Counted from the first letter of the stretch, positions 8,981-18,085 are shown. The stretch is 64,000 bases of DNA from an uncultured Bdellovibrionales bacterium (GCA_964612065.1 CAZTCD010000007.1:5563-69562), one strand, 5' to 3'. Numbers and translations: made by a program. The notes: generated by a model from the letters alone, not told the origin.

Positions 8981-9928
8981 CTAGATTTCATTAGCAGAAT
9001 TCTGGAGCCGGAACTTACCGCCGGGCCGTGAGATCTCCACGCTCACCTGTCCTTCGAGAGCTTCGATAAGTTCCCGGGAAATTTCTTCGTTCTGTACCAG
9101 AAGCGAAGGTGCCTCGGAAAGGGGCAGGGGGCGCCAGGAGGTGGGGAAGGCCCCCATGTATACCGTTTCCCTGTCCACGATGGCGCATTCCGAGCGGAGG
9201 CGGCGCCCGCAGATCTTGAGCACGGCTCCTGATACGGTAAGGCGCCGGAGGCGGCGGAGGGCGGGTGCGTCTTCGCGTTCCGCATTGAGAAAGACAGTAA
9301 CTCGTACTCCTCTGGAGAGAGCGGCATGAAGGTGGCCTTCCACGCGCTTGGAAATCCGGCTTTCAGGAAGGGAAAGCACGATTTCTTTCCTGGCGAGAAC
9401 GATGCAGGCATAAAATTCCTCCGCGCTCTGGCTGCCGCTATAGAGGGAGTAGTTCTTGTGCCGGACGGAGAAGGCCACGGGACCGCTGCTCGAGCTCCAT
9501 CGCTGGTCGAAGTAGGCGGCTGCACCGTGAGCTACGTCGGAGCCGAGCAGGCATTCCACGGAAAGAGAGAGCGACAAAGACGGACGCGCGCTGCGGGCGT
9601 TCACCGCCATTACTTCCGCGCGATCGAAGATCCAGAATTCACCGTTCAGCGGGCGTTGTCGAGGCAACCAGGCCAGGGCGCCACGGCACTGGCGGAACTC
9701 GGCGCCGGCGATTTCCAGAGAGGCAGCCCGTTCAGAGGCGGAAATGCTCTCGTTTTCCGCAAGCACTCTAACTCGGATCCCGCGTCTGGCGCAGGCCTCG
9801 AGCGCATGGGCGAGTTCGGCAGGCCAGGCTTCGATCTGAGGGCGGCTGGAAAGAATGAGAATTTCGGACTGGGATCCTTGCAGAAGCAGGATCTTGCGAG
9901 TCGTCCTGGACTCGAGGAGCAGCTTCAT
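8981..9928 (-). CDS. hypothetical protein with two degenerate PLD-like repeats
   Basis: Internal duplication: ...ARRGIRVRVLAENE...EFWIFDRAEVMAVNA in the N-half and ...LSRGVRVTVFLNAE...ECAIVDRETVYMGAF in the C-half. This resembles phospholipase-D/cardiolipin-synthase-like domains, but no HxK(x)4D catalytic motif is present. Confidence 0.5.
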   Translation of the reverse strand: MKLLLESRTTRKILLLQGSQSEILILSSRPQIEAWPAELAHALEACARRGIRVRVLAENESISASERAASLEIAGAEFRQCRGALAWLPRQRPLNGEFWIFDRAEVMAVNARSARPSLSLSLSVECLLGSDVAHGAAAYFDQRWSSSSGPVAFSVRHKNYSLYSGSQSAEEFYACIVLARKEIVLSLPESRISKRVEGHLHAALSRGVRVTVFLNAEREDAPALRRLRRLTVSGAVLKICGRRLRSECAIVDRETVYMGAFPTSWRPLPLSEAPSLLVQNEEISRELIEALEGQVSVEISRPGGKFRLQNSANEI

Positions 9929-10000
9929 CTTTAGATTGTTTCAGACGCAGGGAGGATTACAAAATCTTTTCTGGAAATATTTCTCTCTCCGAAAAACCAC

Positions 10001-10963
10001 TCAGGCCAGATCGCCTTGTTTCCAGCCGCGAGCGTTCATCCATTTTTTGAATTCGTCGACGGGATAAATCTTCTGAGCGCTCCAGTCGGGGCCCACCAAC
10101 TCCTCGCGATGTGGGGCGAGGCCATGCGTGCGGTGAATTACGATATGCGGATCGAGATGGCGGAGGAAATGGGCGGCTTTCTCGAAATACTCTTCCATTC
10201 CGAGGAGTTCAAAGTCTCCGGCTTTGAAGCGGCGCTCGAGTTTTGTCTTCTTGAGCACGTGGAGGTGGTGAAGTTTCACCCCGTGCACGCCCATGCGGCT
10301 GAGAGTGCGGGCGCTCTCCTCGAGGTGCCCGAGCGTTTCCATCGGAGCGCCCAGGATCAGGTGAGCGGAAACATCGAGCTCTTTGGCTCGGCCTTCCTGC
10401 TTGAGGCGGTGGCTGAAAGCCAGGGCTCGTTCCAGGGAGTTCAGGGCCGTGGCGGCATCGTGCCCGCGTTCGAAGAAGCTGAGAGCTTCGTCCTGGAGGC
10501 TCTGCACGCCGAGTTCGAGCTGCACGTCTACCCGGTCGGAATAGGAGGCGAGTACTTCGAGAACCTCATCGGGCAGGCAATCGGGGCGGGTGCCCACGGC
10601 GAGGCGAACCACGCCAGGGAAAGCCACGGCTTCATCATAACGGGTTTTGAACTCGTGGATCTCTTCGTGGGTGGTTGTATAGCTCTGGAAATAGGCCACA
10701 AAATGCTCCGCCCGGAACTTTTGCCGGATGCCGCTCGCGGCGGCCTCCAGCTGCAGGCGCACGGGAAGCTCTTTGCGGAGGTTGGCGAAGTAGGAGGCGG
10801 ACCCGTGCACATCGCAGAAGGAGCAGCCTCCCCAGCCTTTTCTCGGACCGAAGGTGCCGTCGCGGGTGGGGCAGGTTTGGCCGCCGCTCACGGTGAGCTT
10901 ATAGGTTTTGCCTCCGTAGCGCTCCACGAGGCTATCGGAATAGGTTCTGTAGGGAGCTTGCAC
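10001..10963 (-). CDS. TIGR01212-family radical SAM protein (YhcC-like)
   Basis: The N-terminal block KLTVSGGQTCPTRDGTFGPRKGWGGCSFCD is characteristic of this family. Length is 320 aa. Confidence 0.85.
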   Translation of the reverse strand: MQAPYRTYSDSLVERYGGKTYKLTVSGGQTCPTRDGTFGPRKGWGGCSFCDVHGSASYFANLRKELPVRLQLEAAASGIRQKFRAEHFVAYFQSYTTTHEEIHEFKTRYDEAVAFPGVVRLAVGTRPDCLPDEVLEVLASYSDRVDVQLELGVQSLQDEALSFFERGHDAATALNSLERALAFSHRLKQEGRAKELDVSAHLILGAPMETLGHLEESARTLSRMGVHGVKLHHLHVLKKTKLERRFKAGDFELLGMEEYFEKAAHFLRHLDPHIVIHRTHGLAPHREELVGPDWSAQKIYPVDEFKKWMNARGWKQGDLA

Positions 10964-11043
10964 GAGGTCTTGATAGCTTCCTGGAGGAAGGAATGCCAGG
11001 AAATTCAGGCCTTTCGCCTGCTAGGCTCACTGGCAATGCAATC

Positions 11044-11550
11044 TCAGCGGCGGATCAGCAGCTGGTGGCAGATCTCTTCGAGCTCTTCCCCTGAAGCGGA
11101 GGCCAGAGGGTGGTTCTTCGCTTCGAGATCGTGGGAAACGCCGTTCACATCGGCCATGCCGGAGGCTGGGGTGAGGCGGCAGTAGCCGCTGCCGGTGGGA
11201 TAGTCGAAGTGGAAGTCGAAGATCGTTAGCTCGGCCTTCTTATCAGAGAAAGAGATCACGTAGTCGAATGATTTGGCATGTGAGCTTTGGCCCTCAATCG
11301 AGTTCACGATCAAGCCAAAGGGCGAGCTGCTGAGGCTGGCTTCCCGCTGGCGGCGTACTAGCTGGCGGCTTTCGATGCGCTCACCGGAGCCGAGTTTTAC
11401 TTCGAGTTTCAGCCATTCACTATCGGGCTGGCGGGTGAGGGTGGCGGTGTCGGGGAGGGAATCGCCGTCGAAATCGCCCTGGTGAGTGGCCAGAGGCGCG
11501 GCTTGGGCGAAGGCGGGCAGAAGCAGGAGAGCGAAAAGGGTGGATTTCAT
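11044..11550 (-). CDS. secreted hypothetical protein
   Basis: Signal peptide MKSTLFALLLLPAFAQAAP. 168-codon ORF with no family recognised. Confidence 0.6.
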   Translation of the reverse strand: MKSTLFALLLLPAFAQAAPLATHQGDFDGDSLPDTATLTRQPDSEWLKLEVKLGSGERIESRQLVRRQREASLSSSPFGLIVNSIEGQSSHAKSFDYVISFSDKKAELTIFDFHFDYPTGSGYCRLTPASGMADVNGVSHDLEAKNHPLASASGEELEEICHQLLIRR

Positions 11551-11709
11551 ATTTCCTCCGGAACGGAATTTGGGGTGAGGGGAGTATACGACAGGAGGGC
11601 GCGCGAGGGCGTAGCTTGTTGCAAACGATGGGGCCGGTGAGTTTTCAGCACGCGAATTTCACGCCCGTGGCCGGGGTAAGTGCTTGAATGCACAGCCTTG
11701 CGAAAGGGC

Positions 11710-12822
11710 TCAGAACATCGATTTTTTATTGGCGATATTGGTGAGCAGGGTGACCGCCAGCATGCAAGAGAGCATGAAGGAGCCCCCATAGCTCATAAAG
11801 GGCAGGGGCACCCCTACGATCGGCATGATCCCGGTGGTCATCCCGATATTGATGAATACGTGCCAGAAAAAGAGCGCAGTGAGGCCCATGGAGAAGAGCA
11901 TCCCGAATTTATCATTGGATCCGTAGGCGATCTTGAGGGCGTTGGCCAGCAGGATCAGATAAAGCGTGAGCAATACCAGAAATCCCACGAACCCGTGCTC
12001 CTCGCTGAATACGGGAAAAATGAAGTCGGTATGGTGCTCAGGAAGGAAGTTGAGCTGGCTCTGGGATCCCTGCTTATAGCCTTTTCCAAGGAACTGGCCT
12101 GATCCCACGGCGATCATGCTTTGAATGGAGTTATAGCCTGCGCCCCTGGGATCGCTCTGCGGGTTGATGAAGGTGATGATGCGCTGGCGCTGGTAGTCTT
12201 TCAGCACGAAGAAATAAGCGATCGGAGCCAGAATGAGGGCTCCCGCGAACACCACTGCCAGCAGGCGAGGGCTCACCCTTACGAACAGGATCATGGAGGC
12301 GCTCACGGCCAGGATGATCATGGCGGTTCCCAGATCGGGCTGCGCCATCACCAGGAGCACGGGGATCAACACGAGAAGGATCGGGATCATCAAGCTCTTG
12401 AGGTCGTAGTATTCGCGGTACTGATCGTCGTGGAAATATTTGGCGAGGGTCCAGGCGATCGTGATCTTCATGAATTCCGATGGCTGGATCGAAAAGGCTC
12501 CGAAACCGATCCAGCGCTTGGCGCCGAGCACGCTCTTTCCTATCAGTAATACAGCCACGAGAAGGAGGATATTGCCGGCGTAGGCGAAATAAGCGAAACG
12601 CTCGAGCACGCGGTAGTGAATGAAATAAACGATGCCGCAGCCGATGGTGCCGATGCCGAACCACATCGCCTGCTGCTTCCAGAACTGCGCTTCATGGCCC
12701 TGGGAGGCGAAGGTGGCGCTGTACAGGTTCACGATCCCGATCGCGATCAGGCAAAGCATCACCCAGATGGCGTTGAGATCGTACTTGGAGCTTCCTACTT
12801 CTTCGTTGCCGAGTGTGGGCAT
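11710..12822 (-). CDS. rodA: peptidoglycan glycosyltransferase RodA (SEDS family)
   Basis: 370 aa and multi-TM, with FtsW/RodA/SpoVE blocks (QPSEFMKI, PDLGTA, LPEHHTDFIF, GVPLPFMSYGGS). It starts 3 nt after the mrdA stop. Confidence 0.95.
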   Translation of the reverse strand: MPTLGNEEVGSSKYDLNAIWVMLCLIAIGIVNLYSATFASQGHEAQFWKQQAMWFGIGTIGCGIVYFIHYRVLERFAYFAYAGNILLLVAVLLIGKSVLGAKRWIGFGAFSIQPSEFMKITIAWTLAKYFHDDQYREYYDLKSLMIPILLVLIPVLLVMAQPDLGTAMIILAVSASMILFVRVSPRLLAVVFAGALILAPIAYFFVLKDYQRQRIITFINPQSDPRGAGYNSIQSMIAVGSGQFLGKGYKQGSQSQLNFLPEHHTDFIFPVFSEEHGFVGFLVLLTLYLILLANALKIAYGSNDKFGMLFSMGLTALFFWHVFINIGMTTGIMPIVGVPLPFMSYGGSFMLSCMLAVTLLTNIANKKSMF

Positions 12823-12825
12823 GGC

Positions 12826-14814
12826 TTAGTCCTCATCGCTGCTCGTGGCTTGCTGCTGGGCTCTGTAGGCAGCGGCCTTTCGTTTCCAGTAGGCGGCCTT
12901 GGCTTCCGCCAGGGCCTCATCCGAGTATTTCACCGGATCCACTTTCTGAAGGTATTTTTTGATCACAGCGAGCGCAATCGGAGCCGCCGAGCTCCCGGAG
13001 CAGCCGTGCTCCACCACCACACTCACGGCGATCTTGGGGTTTTCCACGGGGGCGAAGGCCACGAATATCCCGTTGTTGCGGAAGCGCCTTTCCATGTGCT
13101 TGCAATCGAGATCGCGGGTTTCATTGGTGATCTTCACCACCTGGGCCGTGCCGGTTTTTCCGGCCGCGTCGATGCCGGGAATAAAAGATCCGTGAGCGGT
13201 GCCCTGATCGTGGCCGATCACATATTGCAGGCCTTTGCGCACGAGCCGGTTGGTGTCGGCGCTGAATTTGGTCTGGCTGATCACTTCGGGCTCGGTTTTG
13301 TCGAGAACGGAGCCATCCGGGCCTTCCACGTATTTCAGGAGGCGGGGGCGGTAAACGGTGCCACCGTTGGCGAAGGAGGCGATCATATTCGCCATCTGCA
13401 GAGGGGTTGCGGTGAGGGCGCCCTGGCCGATGATTACGGAGAGGGTTTCCCCAGGGTACCAGTCGGCGTTCTGCACTCTTCGCTTCCAGGCCACGTCAGG
13501 CACCAGGCCCGGGATTTCTCCCGGCAGCTGGATTCCGGTACGGGAGCCGAGGCCGAGGCTGCGCGCATAGCGGGCGAGCACGTCGATATCCATCTGGGTG
13601 CCGAGCTTGTAGTAGAAAACGTCCACGGAGCGATAGAGGCTCTTCACCACATCGGTGGGCCCGTGGCCGCCTTTTTTCCAGTCGTGGAAGGTGTGGGAGC
13701 CGAACTTGAAGGTGTAACCGGCGTTGATTACGAGATTCTCGGTGATCAATCCCTCTTCCAGGCCCGCGATGGCGGAAACCATTTTGAAGGTGGAGCCGGG
13801 CGAATAGTGGTCGAGGATGGTTTTGTCCCGGAGGGGCTTGTCGGGATTGGTGGAGAGCTGCCTCCAGTATTCAGGCTTGATCCCCACGGAGAACTCGGCG
13901 GGATCGAAGCTCGGCCAGGAGAGCATGGCCAGCACCTCTCCGTTGTTCGGGTCGATGGCCACTACGGAGCCTGTTTTATTGTCTTTGACGAAGGTTTCAG
14001 CAGCGGTCTGCTGGAGGTCCTCGTCGATCGTGAGCACGATATTCTTTCCGGGCTCCGCCGGTTTCGGCGGGATCTCAAAGATGCTTTCGCGGCCGGCTCT
14101 TTCGTTGATGCGTTTTTTGCGGCCGAAGGCGTCTACCTCCACGAACTCCACGCCGTCGGTGCCGCGAAGCACATTTTCCCACTGCATCTCGAGGCCGCTC
14201 TTTCCGATGCTGTCGCCCTGCTGGTAGAAGCGCTTGGCATTGCGGTTCACGCGGGGAAGCTCGTCGGCATCGATCTCGGAAATGTAGCCGAGAAGGTGGG
14301 AGCCGATGAGGCCGTTCACGTTGGTGCGTCGGATTCCGGTGGCCACTTCCACGCCGGGCAGGGAGTTCTCCTCCATTTCGATGAGGGAAACTTCGTCCAT
14401 GGTGAGGTTCTTCTTGATCACCACGGGCTGGAAGGAAGGCTGGTTGCGCGCCTTCTGGAGGGTATCGTTGATCGATTTCGGATTGGAGCGGACGATCTTG
14501 GCCAGCTTCTCGATCGTAGCCTCGCGCTGGGCGGGAGAGGCGGCCCGGAAATACTGGGGCGTGATCGTAACGTTGAAGGTGGGATGGTTGTCGAGAAGGA
14601 TGCGGCGGTCGCGGTCGAACACCATCCCGCGCGGTGCCTCGATCTTGATCTTCTTGAGGCGGTTCTCCTCGGCACTTTGCTTGAATTCCTCGCCCTTGAG
14701 GATCTGGAGGTACCAGAGGCGAAGGAAGAGGATGGAAGCCATCACGATCAGGATGCCGTAGAGGTAACGGAATCTGTCCTGGTATGCCTGGAGCTGTTCA
14801 TTTTGCCCAATCAT
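12826..14814 (-). CDS. mrdA: penicillin-binding protein 2 (elongasome transpeptidase)
   Basis: N-terminal TM, then the PBP dimerisation and transpeptidase modules with STFK, SVD/SxN-type and KTGTA motifs. It sits in the mreCD-mrdA-rodA context. Confidence 0.95.
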   Translation of the reverse strand: MIGQNEQLQAYQDRFRYLYGILIVMASILFLRLWYLQILKGEEFKQSAEENRLKKIKIEAPRGMVFDRDRRILLDNHPTFNVTITPQYFRAASPAQREATIEKLAKIVRSNPKSINDTLQKARNQPSFQPVVIKKNLTMDEVSLIEMEENSLPGVEVATGIRRTNVNGLIGSHLLGYISEIDADELPRVNRNAKRFYQQGDSIGKSGLEMQWENVLRGTDGVEFVEVDAFGRKKRINERAGRESIFEIPPKPAEPGKNIVLTIDEDLQQTAAETFVKDNKTGSVVAIDPNNGEVLAMLSWPSFDPAEFSVGIKPEYWRQLSTNPDKPLRDKTILDHYSPGSTFKMVSAIAGLEEGLITENLVINAGYTFKFGSHTFHDWKKGGHGPTDVVKSLYRSVDVFYYKLGTQMDIDVLARYARSLGLGSRTGIQLPGEIPGLVPDVAWKRRVQNADWYPGETLSVIIGQGALTATPLQMANMIASFANGGTVYRPRLLKYVEGPDGSVLDKTEPEVISQTKFSADTNRLVRKGLQYVIGHDQGTAHGSFIPGIDAAGKTGTAQVVKITNETRDLDCKHMERRFRNNGIFVAFAPVENPKIAVSVVVEHGCSGSSAAPIALAVIKKYLQKVDPVKYSDEALAEAKAAYWKRKAAAYRAQQQATSSDED

Positions 14815-14817
14815 CTG

Positions 14818-14995
14818 GCGCGCTCCACAATGCCCAATCTCATCGTTGCTCTCGGCCCGCCCCGTTCCGCCGTACCTTCAGTACGGCTCACGGCTGCGCG
14901 CCTTCGAGCGCCTCGATCTTGGGCATTCTGAAGCGCGCCGCAAGAATCAAAGGCGCAAAGTGCGCGCTCCATAATGCCCAATCTCATCGTTGCTC
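14818..14995. repeat. intergenic repeat element between mreD and mrdA: two 34-bp direct repeats plus an internal inverted partial copy
   Basis: 14818..14851 (gcgcgctccacaatgcccaatctcatcgttgctc) and 14962..14995 are identical at 33/34 positions. 14921..14938 (gggcattctgaagcgcgc) is the reverse complement of the first 18 nt of the repeat at 16/18 positions. A further 7-bp stem hairpin lies at 14869..14887. Confidence 0.85.
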
Positions 14996-15007
14996 CGGGC
15001 GAGCTCA

Positions 15008-15559
15008 TCAGAACTCCTCTCCGGTCAGCTCGCGTGCTTCCGATTCGCGCTCGATATGCGTCCACTGGTCGAGGGAGCGCACGAGGTGGAATACAGGGCG
15101 GGCGAAGATTCCGAGGGAAAGCAGGAAGGGCAGCGAATACTCGAGGGAGGAGCGCCAGGTGTTTCCGAGAATGCCGTATCGCTGGGCGAGGATCAGGAAC
15201 GCCACCTTCCAGATCAATCCTCCCGCTACGGCCAGCATGATGGAGGAAAAGGTGGTGGCCACGAGGAACATCTCTTTCGTGAAGAGGATCGCCATGAACA
15301 CGGCGAGGTAGCAGGCCGTGAGAATCCCGGCCGGCGCGCCCGAATGGATCTCCGCCACTCTGCCGATCACGATCATCAGAGCCGCGCCCTCGAAGAAGGA
15401 GCGATGCAGGCTCAGGTAAACGGAAACCAGCAGCAGCAGATCGAGCTCAAGCCAGGAAAGGGCCGAAAGCTTCAGCACCACGCTCTGCACTGCCGTGAGC
15501 AGAATACAGAGAATGATCACGAGCACGAAATTCAGGGCTCGGTACAACTCATGAATCAT
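15008..15559 (-). CDS. mreD: rod shape-determining protein MreD
   Basis: 183-aa polytopic membrane protein directly downstream of mreC, with a 4-nt ATGA overlap. Confidence 0.8.
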   Translation of the reverse strand: MIHELYRALNFVLVIILCILLTAVQSVVLKLSALSWLELDLLLLVSVYLSLHRSFFEGAALMIVIGRVAEIHSGAPAGILTACYLAVFMAILFTKEMFLVATTFSSIMLAVAGGLIWKVAFLILAQRYGILGNTWRSSLEYSLPFLLSLGIFARPVFHLVRSLDQWTHIERESEARELTGEEF

Positions 15560-16512
15560 TGCGCGCCGTGGGCAGGAGTCTTTTTAGGCTCCGCCTTCTC
15601 CTCGGTCTTGGTGGATTTCGCGCCTTTCTCGTCCTTGCGGGAAATTTTCGTTTCCTTCTCTTTCGGCTCTTCGAGGGTGGCGTGTTCGAGCGGCATTTTC
15701 GGAGGATCGATCACGGTAACTTCTTCGAGGCGGTTGAAATCGGCGGCGGGCGCGAGCTCCACGGTTTGGCTGATGCCGAAGTTCTTCTTCTTCACGCTCA
15801 CCACTTTGCCGATGGTGAGGCCCTTGGGAAAGAGGCCGCCGATTCCTGAGCTCACGATCAGATCGCCTTCCTGCACATCATCGGTGCGGCGGAGGTATTT
15901 CATCGCGAGATTCTGCCCGCCCAACCCTTCCACCACTCCGCGCACCCGGTTTCTCTGCACCAAGGCGTCGATGGCAGAGGAGGAATCAAGGAGGGCGAGC
16001 ACATCGGCAAAATCGTGCCCGGCGCGAATCACGCGCCCCACCACGCCCTCGAGGGAAACCACCGCCATGCCCACTTCCACGCCTTGGCGGGTTCCTTTAT
16101 TGATGCGGATGGTGCGGAATTCGGGGTTCACGTCCTGGGCGATCACCTGGGCCACCACCTTTTTTCCTTCCAGCGGGGCGTTGAACTCCACGAGGGCTTT
16201 CAGGCGATCGTTCTCTTTGGCCACCTCGTGAAAGCCCGCGATCTCATTGAGGAGCTTCCGGTTTTCCAGGGCGAGGGTGAGGTTGTTTTCCTTGGTGTTC
16301 AGCAGCAGCAAATAGGATTGCAGCGTGTCCCAGGTGGTTTCTATCGTCCATCGAATCCCGCTTTGCACGGGGGCGGAGATGGCAACGGCGGCGCGATCGA
16401 ACCAGTGAAAGTCTGCCGGGCTCTTTCCCCCCGCGTTAAGCGCGATCACAGGCACAATCACAAGCACGAGCGTGGCCAGATAGTGGCGGTACTCTTTGAT
16501 AATGTTCCACAT
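15556..16512 (-). CDS. mreC: rod shape-determining protein MreC
   Basis: Starting at ATG 16512 gives MWNIIKEYRHYLATLVLVIVPV (TM), then a coiled-coil segment, beta-barrel domains (GDLIVSSGIGGLFPKGLTIG) and a Lys/Glu-rich tail. The track start 16668 would overlap the divergent gene. Confidence 0.9.
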   Translation of the reverse strand: MWNIIKEYRHYLATLVLVIVPVIALNAGGKSPADFHWFDRAAVAISAPVQSGIRWTIETTWDTLQSYLLLLNTKENNLTLALENRKLLNEIAGFHEVAKENDRLKALVEFNAPLEGKKVVAQVIAQDVNPEFRTIRINKGTRQGVEVGMAVVSLEGVVGRVIRAGHDFADVLALLDSSSAIDALVQRNRVRGVVEGLGGQNLAMKYLRRTDDVQEGDLIVSSGIGGLFPKGLTIGKVVSVKKKNFGISQTVELAPAADFNRLEEVTVIDPPKMPLEHATLEEPKEKETKISRKDEKGAKSTKTEEKAEPKKTPAHGAQ

Positions 16513-16618
16513 TCGTGTTACGGATTTTAGCTCGGGTAAAGCACTGAATACAAAGGAAAAAGGGACAAAATAGGACAAGAGCCCCTCAGCGCTACGGCAC
16601 CCGAAAAGGAATGAAGCG

Positions 16619-18085
16619 ATGCTCAAGTACATGCGCGACCATTTAGGCAAGACTTTCCTCTTCACCATAGTGGGATTGATTGCGATCGTTTTCGTATTCG
16701 CCGGGGTTTATCCCGAGCTTGGCGGGGGATTCGGCAGCGCTGGCGCTGCGGCCAACGTGGGGGGCGAGAAGGTAACGGTGCAGGAGCTGCAGAACGCCAT
16801 CAACCGGGACATCGAGAACTATCGGGCCCTCGGCATGGATCTTCCGCCTGATATGATCGAGAACATCAAGCAGGGCACCCTGCAGAACCTCGTGCGCTCC
16901 AAGCTGATGCTGGTGGAAGCGCGTCGCCTGGGCATTCAAGCCAGCGATAACGAGGTGATGCAAGAAATCCGGAAGATGCCTTATTTCCTCGATAAGGCCA
17001 CTCAGAAATTCGATCTCCAGCTTTACCGGAAACTGCTGGCAGAGAACAATCTCACCACCGGCCAGTTTGAAGACAATGTGCGCGAAAGCCTGACCAATCA
17101 ACGCATGCAGGAGTTCCTGGCCAGCCGGATCCGCATCACGCCGGCCGAAGTGGAGCGTGAGTTCAAGCTGGCTAATGAAACCCGCAATCTTGAGTTCGTG
17201 CGCTTCTCCCGCGAAGACGCAATGAAGAAGTTAAGCGTGGAGCCCAAAGATATTGACGCCTACCTGGCCGATAAGAACAAAGAAGGTCAGGTGCTCAGCT
17301 ACTATGCCGGGAACAGCGCCCGCTATAACAAAGAAGAGCAGGTTTGCGCCCGCCACATCCTGAAGCGCACGGCCCCCGGCGCCGCGGCCACCGCTCCCAA
17401 GGAGTTTCTCGATCTCAAGCCTACGCCTTCGAACTTTGCGTCGCTCGCGAAGAAACATTCCGACGATCCTGGTTCCAAGGCCGAAGGAGGCGAGCTCAAC
17501 TGCTTTGGAAAAGGCGTGATGGACAAGGCCTTCGAGCAAACGGCCTTCTCCACCCCGGTGGGCAAGATCAGCGCGCCTGTGAAATCGGCCTTCGGCTGGC
17601 ACTATATCTATGTTTACAAGAAAGAGCCTGCGGTGAAGATTCCCCTCGAAAGCGTGCGTAAAGAGATCGCCACCGAGCTGATCAAGCGCGAGCGCATCGA
17701 GGAGATTCGCAAGATCAATTTCGCCGCCGCCGCCGATGCCCTCAAGAACTGGCCTCCGAAAGGCGTGCAGACCACCGGCCCCTTCAACTCTCTCGAAGGA
17801 GTGCTGCCGAAAATCGGTACGGCACCCGAGATCCTGAAAGCCGCTTTCGATCCGAGCGCCAAGATCCAAACCGGCCCGCAGCAGTTTGAAGCCCAGGGCG
17901 GCGTGATCGTGGCCAAGGTAAAAGATAAGAAGAGCGCGGATATGAGCAAGCTCGCTTCGGAAAGGGAAATGCAGATGCGCACCCTGAAAGAGCGCAAGTT
18001 GCGTGCTTTCCTCCCCGCTTGGCTGGAAGACGTGCAGAAGCGCACGAAGATCAGCTTCAACAACTCGATCGTAAGCCAGATGTAA
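16619..18085 (+). CDS. PpiD/SurA-like periplasmic chaperone with a parvulin PPIase domain
   Basis: N-terminal TM (FLFTIVGLIAIVFVFAG), a SurA_N-like helical region, and a parvulin block GGELNCFGKGVMDKAFEQTAFSTPVGKISAPVKSAFGWHYIYV. Confidence 0.85.
   Translation: MLKYMRDHLGKTFLFTIVGLIAIVFVFAGVYPELGGGFGSAGAAANVGGEKVTVQELQNAINRDIENYRALGMDLPPDMIENIKQGTLQNLVRSKLMLVEARRLGIQASDNEVMQEIRKMPYFLDKATQKFDLQLYRKLLAENNLTTGQFEDNVRESLTNQRMQEFLASRIRITPAEVEREFKLANETRNLEFVRFSREDAMKKLSVEPKDIDAYLADKNKEGQVLSYYAGNSARYNKEEQVCARHILKRTAPGAAATAPKEFLDLKPTPSNFASLAKKHSDDPGSKAEGGELNCFGKGVMDKAFEQTAFSTPVGKISAPVKSAFGWHYIYVYKKEPAVKIPLESVRKEIATELIKRERIEEIRKINFAAAADALKNWPPKGVQTTGPFNSLEGVLPKIGTAPEILKAAFDPSAKIQTGPQQFEAQGGVIVAKVKDKKSADMSKLASEREMQMRTLKERKLRAFLPAWLEDVQKRTKISFNNSIVSQM

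Noticed and set aside
12616-14931. 771-codon plus-strand ORF, the longest in this part of the track
   Set aside because: It runs entirely antisense to mrdA/rodA, which carry unmistakable PBP2 and SEDS motifs. Its translation is Gly/Ala/His/Val-rich with no motif. It is a typical shadow ORF of GC-rich DNA. The same reasoning applies to 516..1559(-), 10016..11185(+), 14990..16231(+), 21197..22078(-), 29556..30485(-), 30343..31380(-), 31574..32527(+), 42698..43369(+), 46267..47154(+), 51036..52526(+) and 54584..55825(-).
16513-16618. Expected mreB immediately upstream of mreC
   Set aside because: The upstream gene is the divergent ppiD-like gene, and no actin-like ORF is present in the window. 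mreB must be encoded elsewhere. This is an arrangement difference, not an anomaly I can evaluate further.
16513-16668. N-terminal extensions offered by the track for mreC, and similarly 22183..22263 (HD protein), 43343..43438 (aspS), 47066..47167 (L,D-transpeptidase), 52515..52550 (cotH), 52577..52744, 57005..57130, 32423..32518 and 33129..33164
   Set aside because: The internal ATG/GTG codons are preceded by good Shine-Dalgarno sequences, yield proper signal peptides or family-typical N-termini, and remove overlaps with neighbouring genes. The extensions add non-homologous, often Arg/Pro-rich residues.
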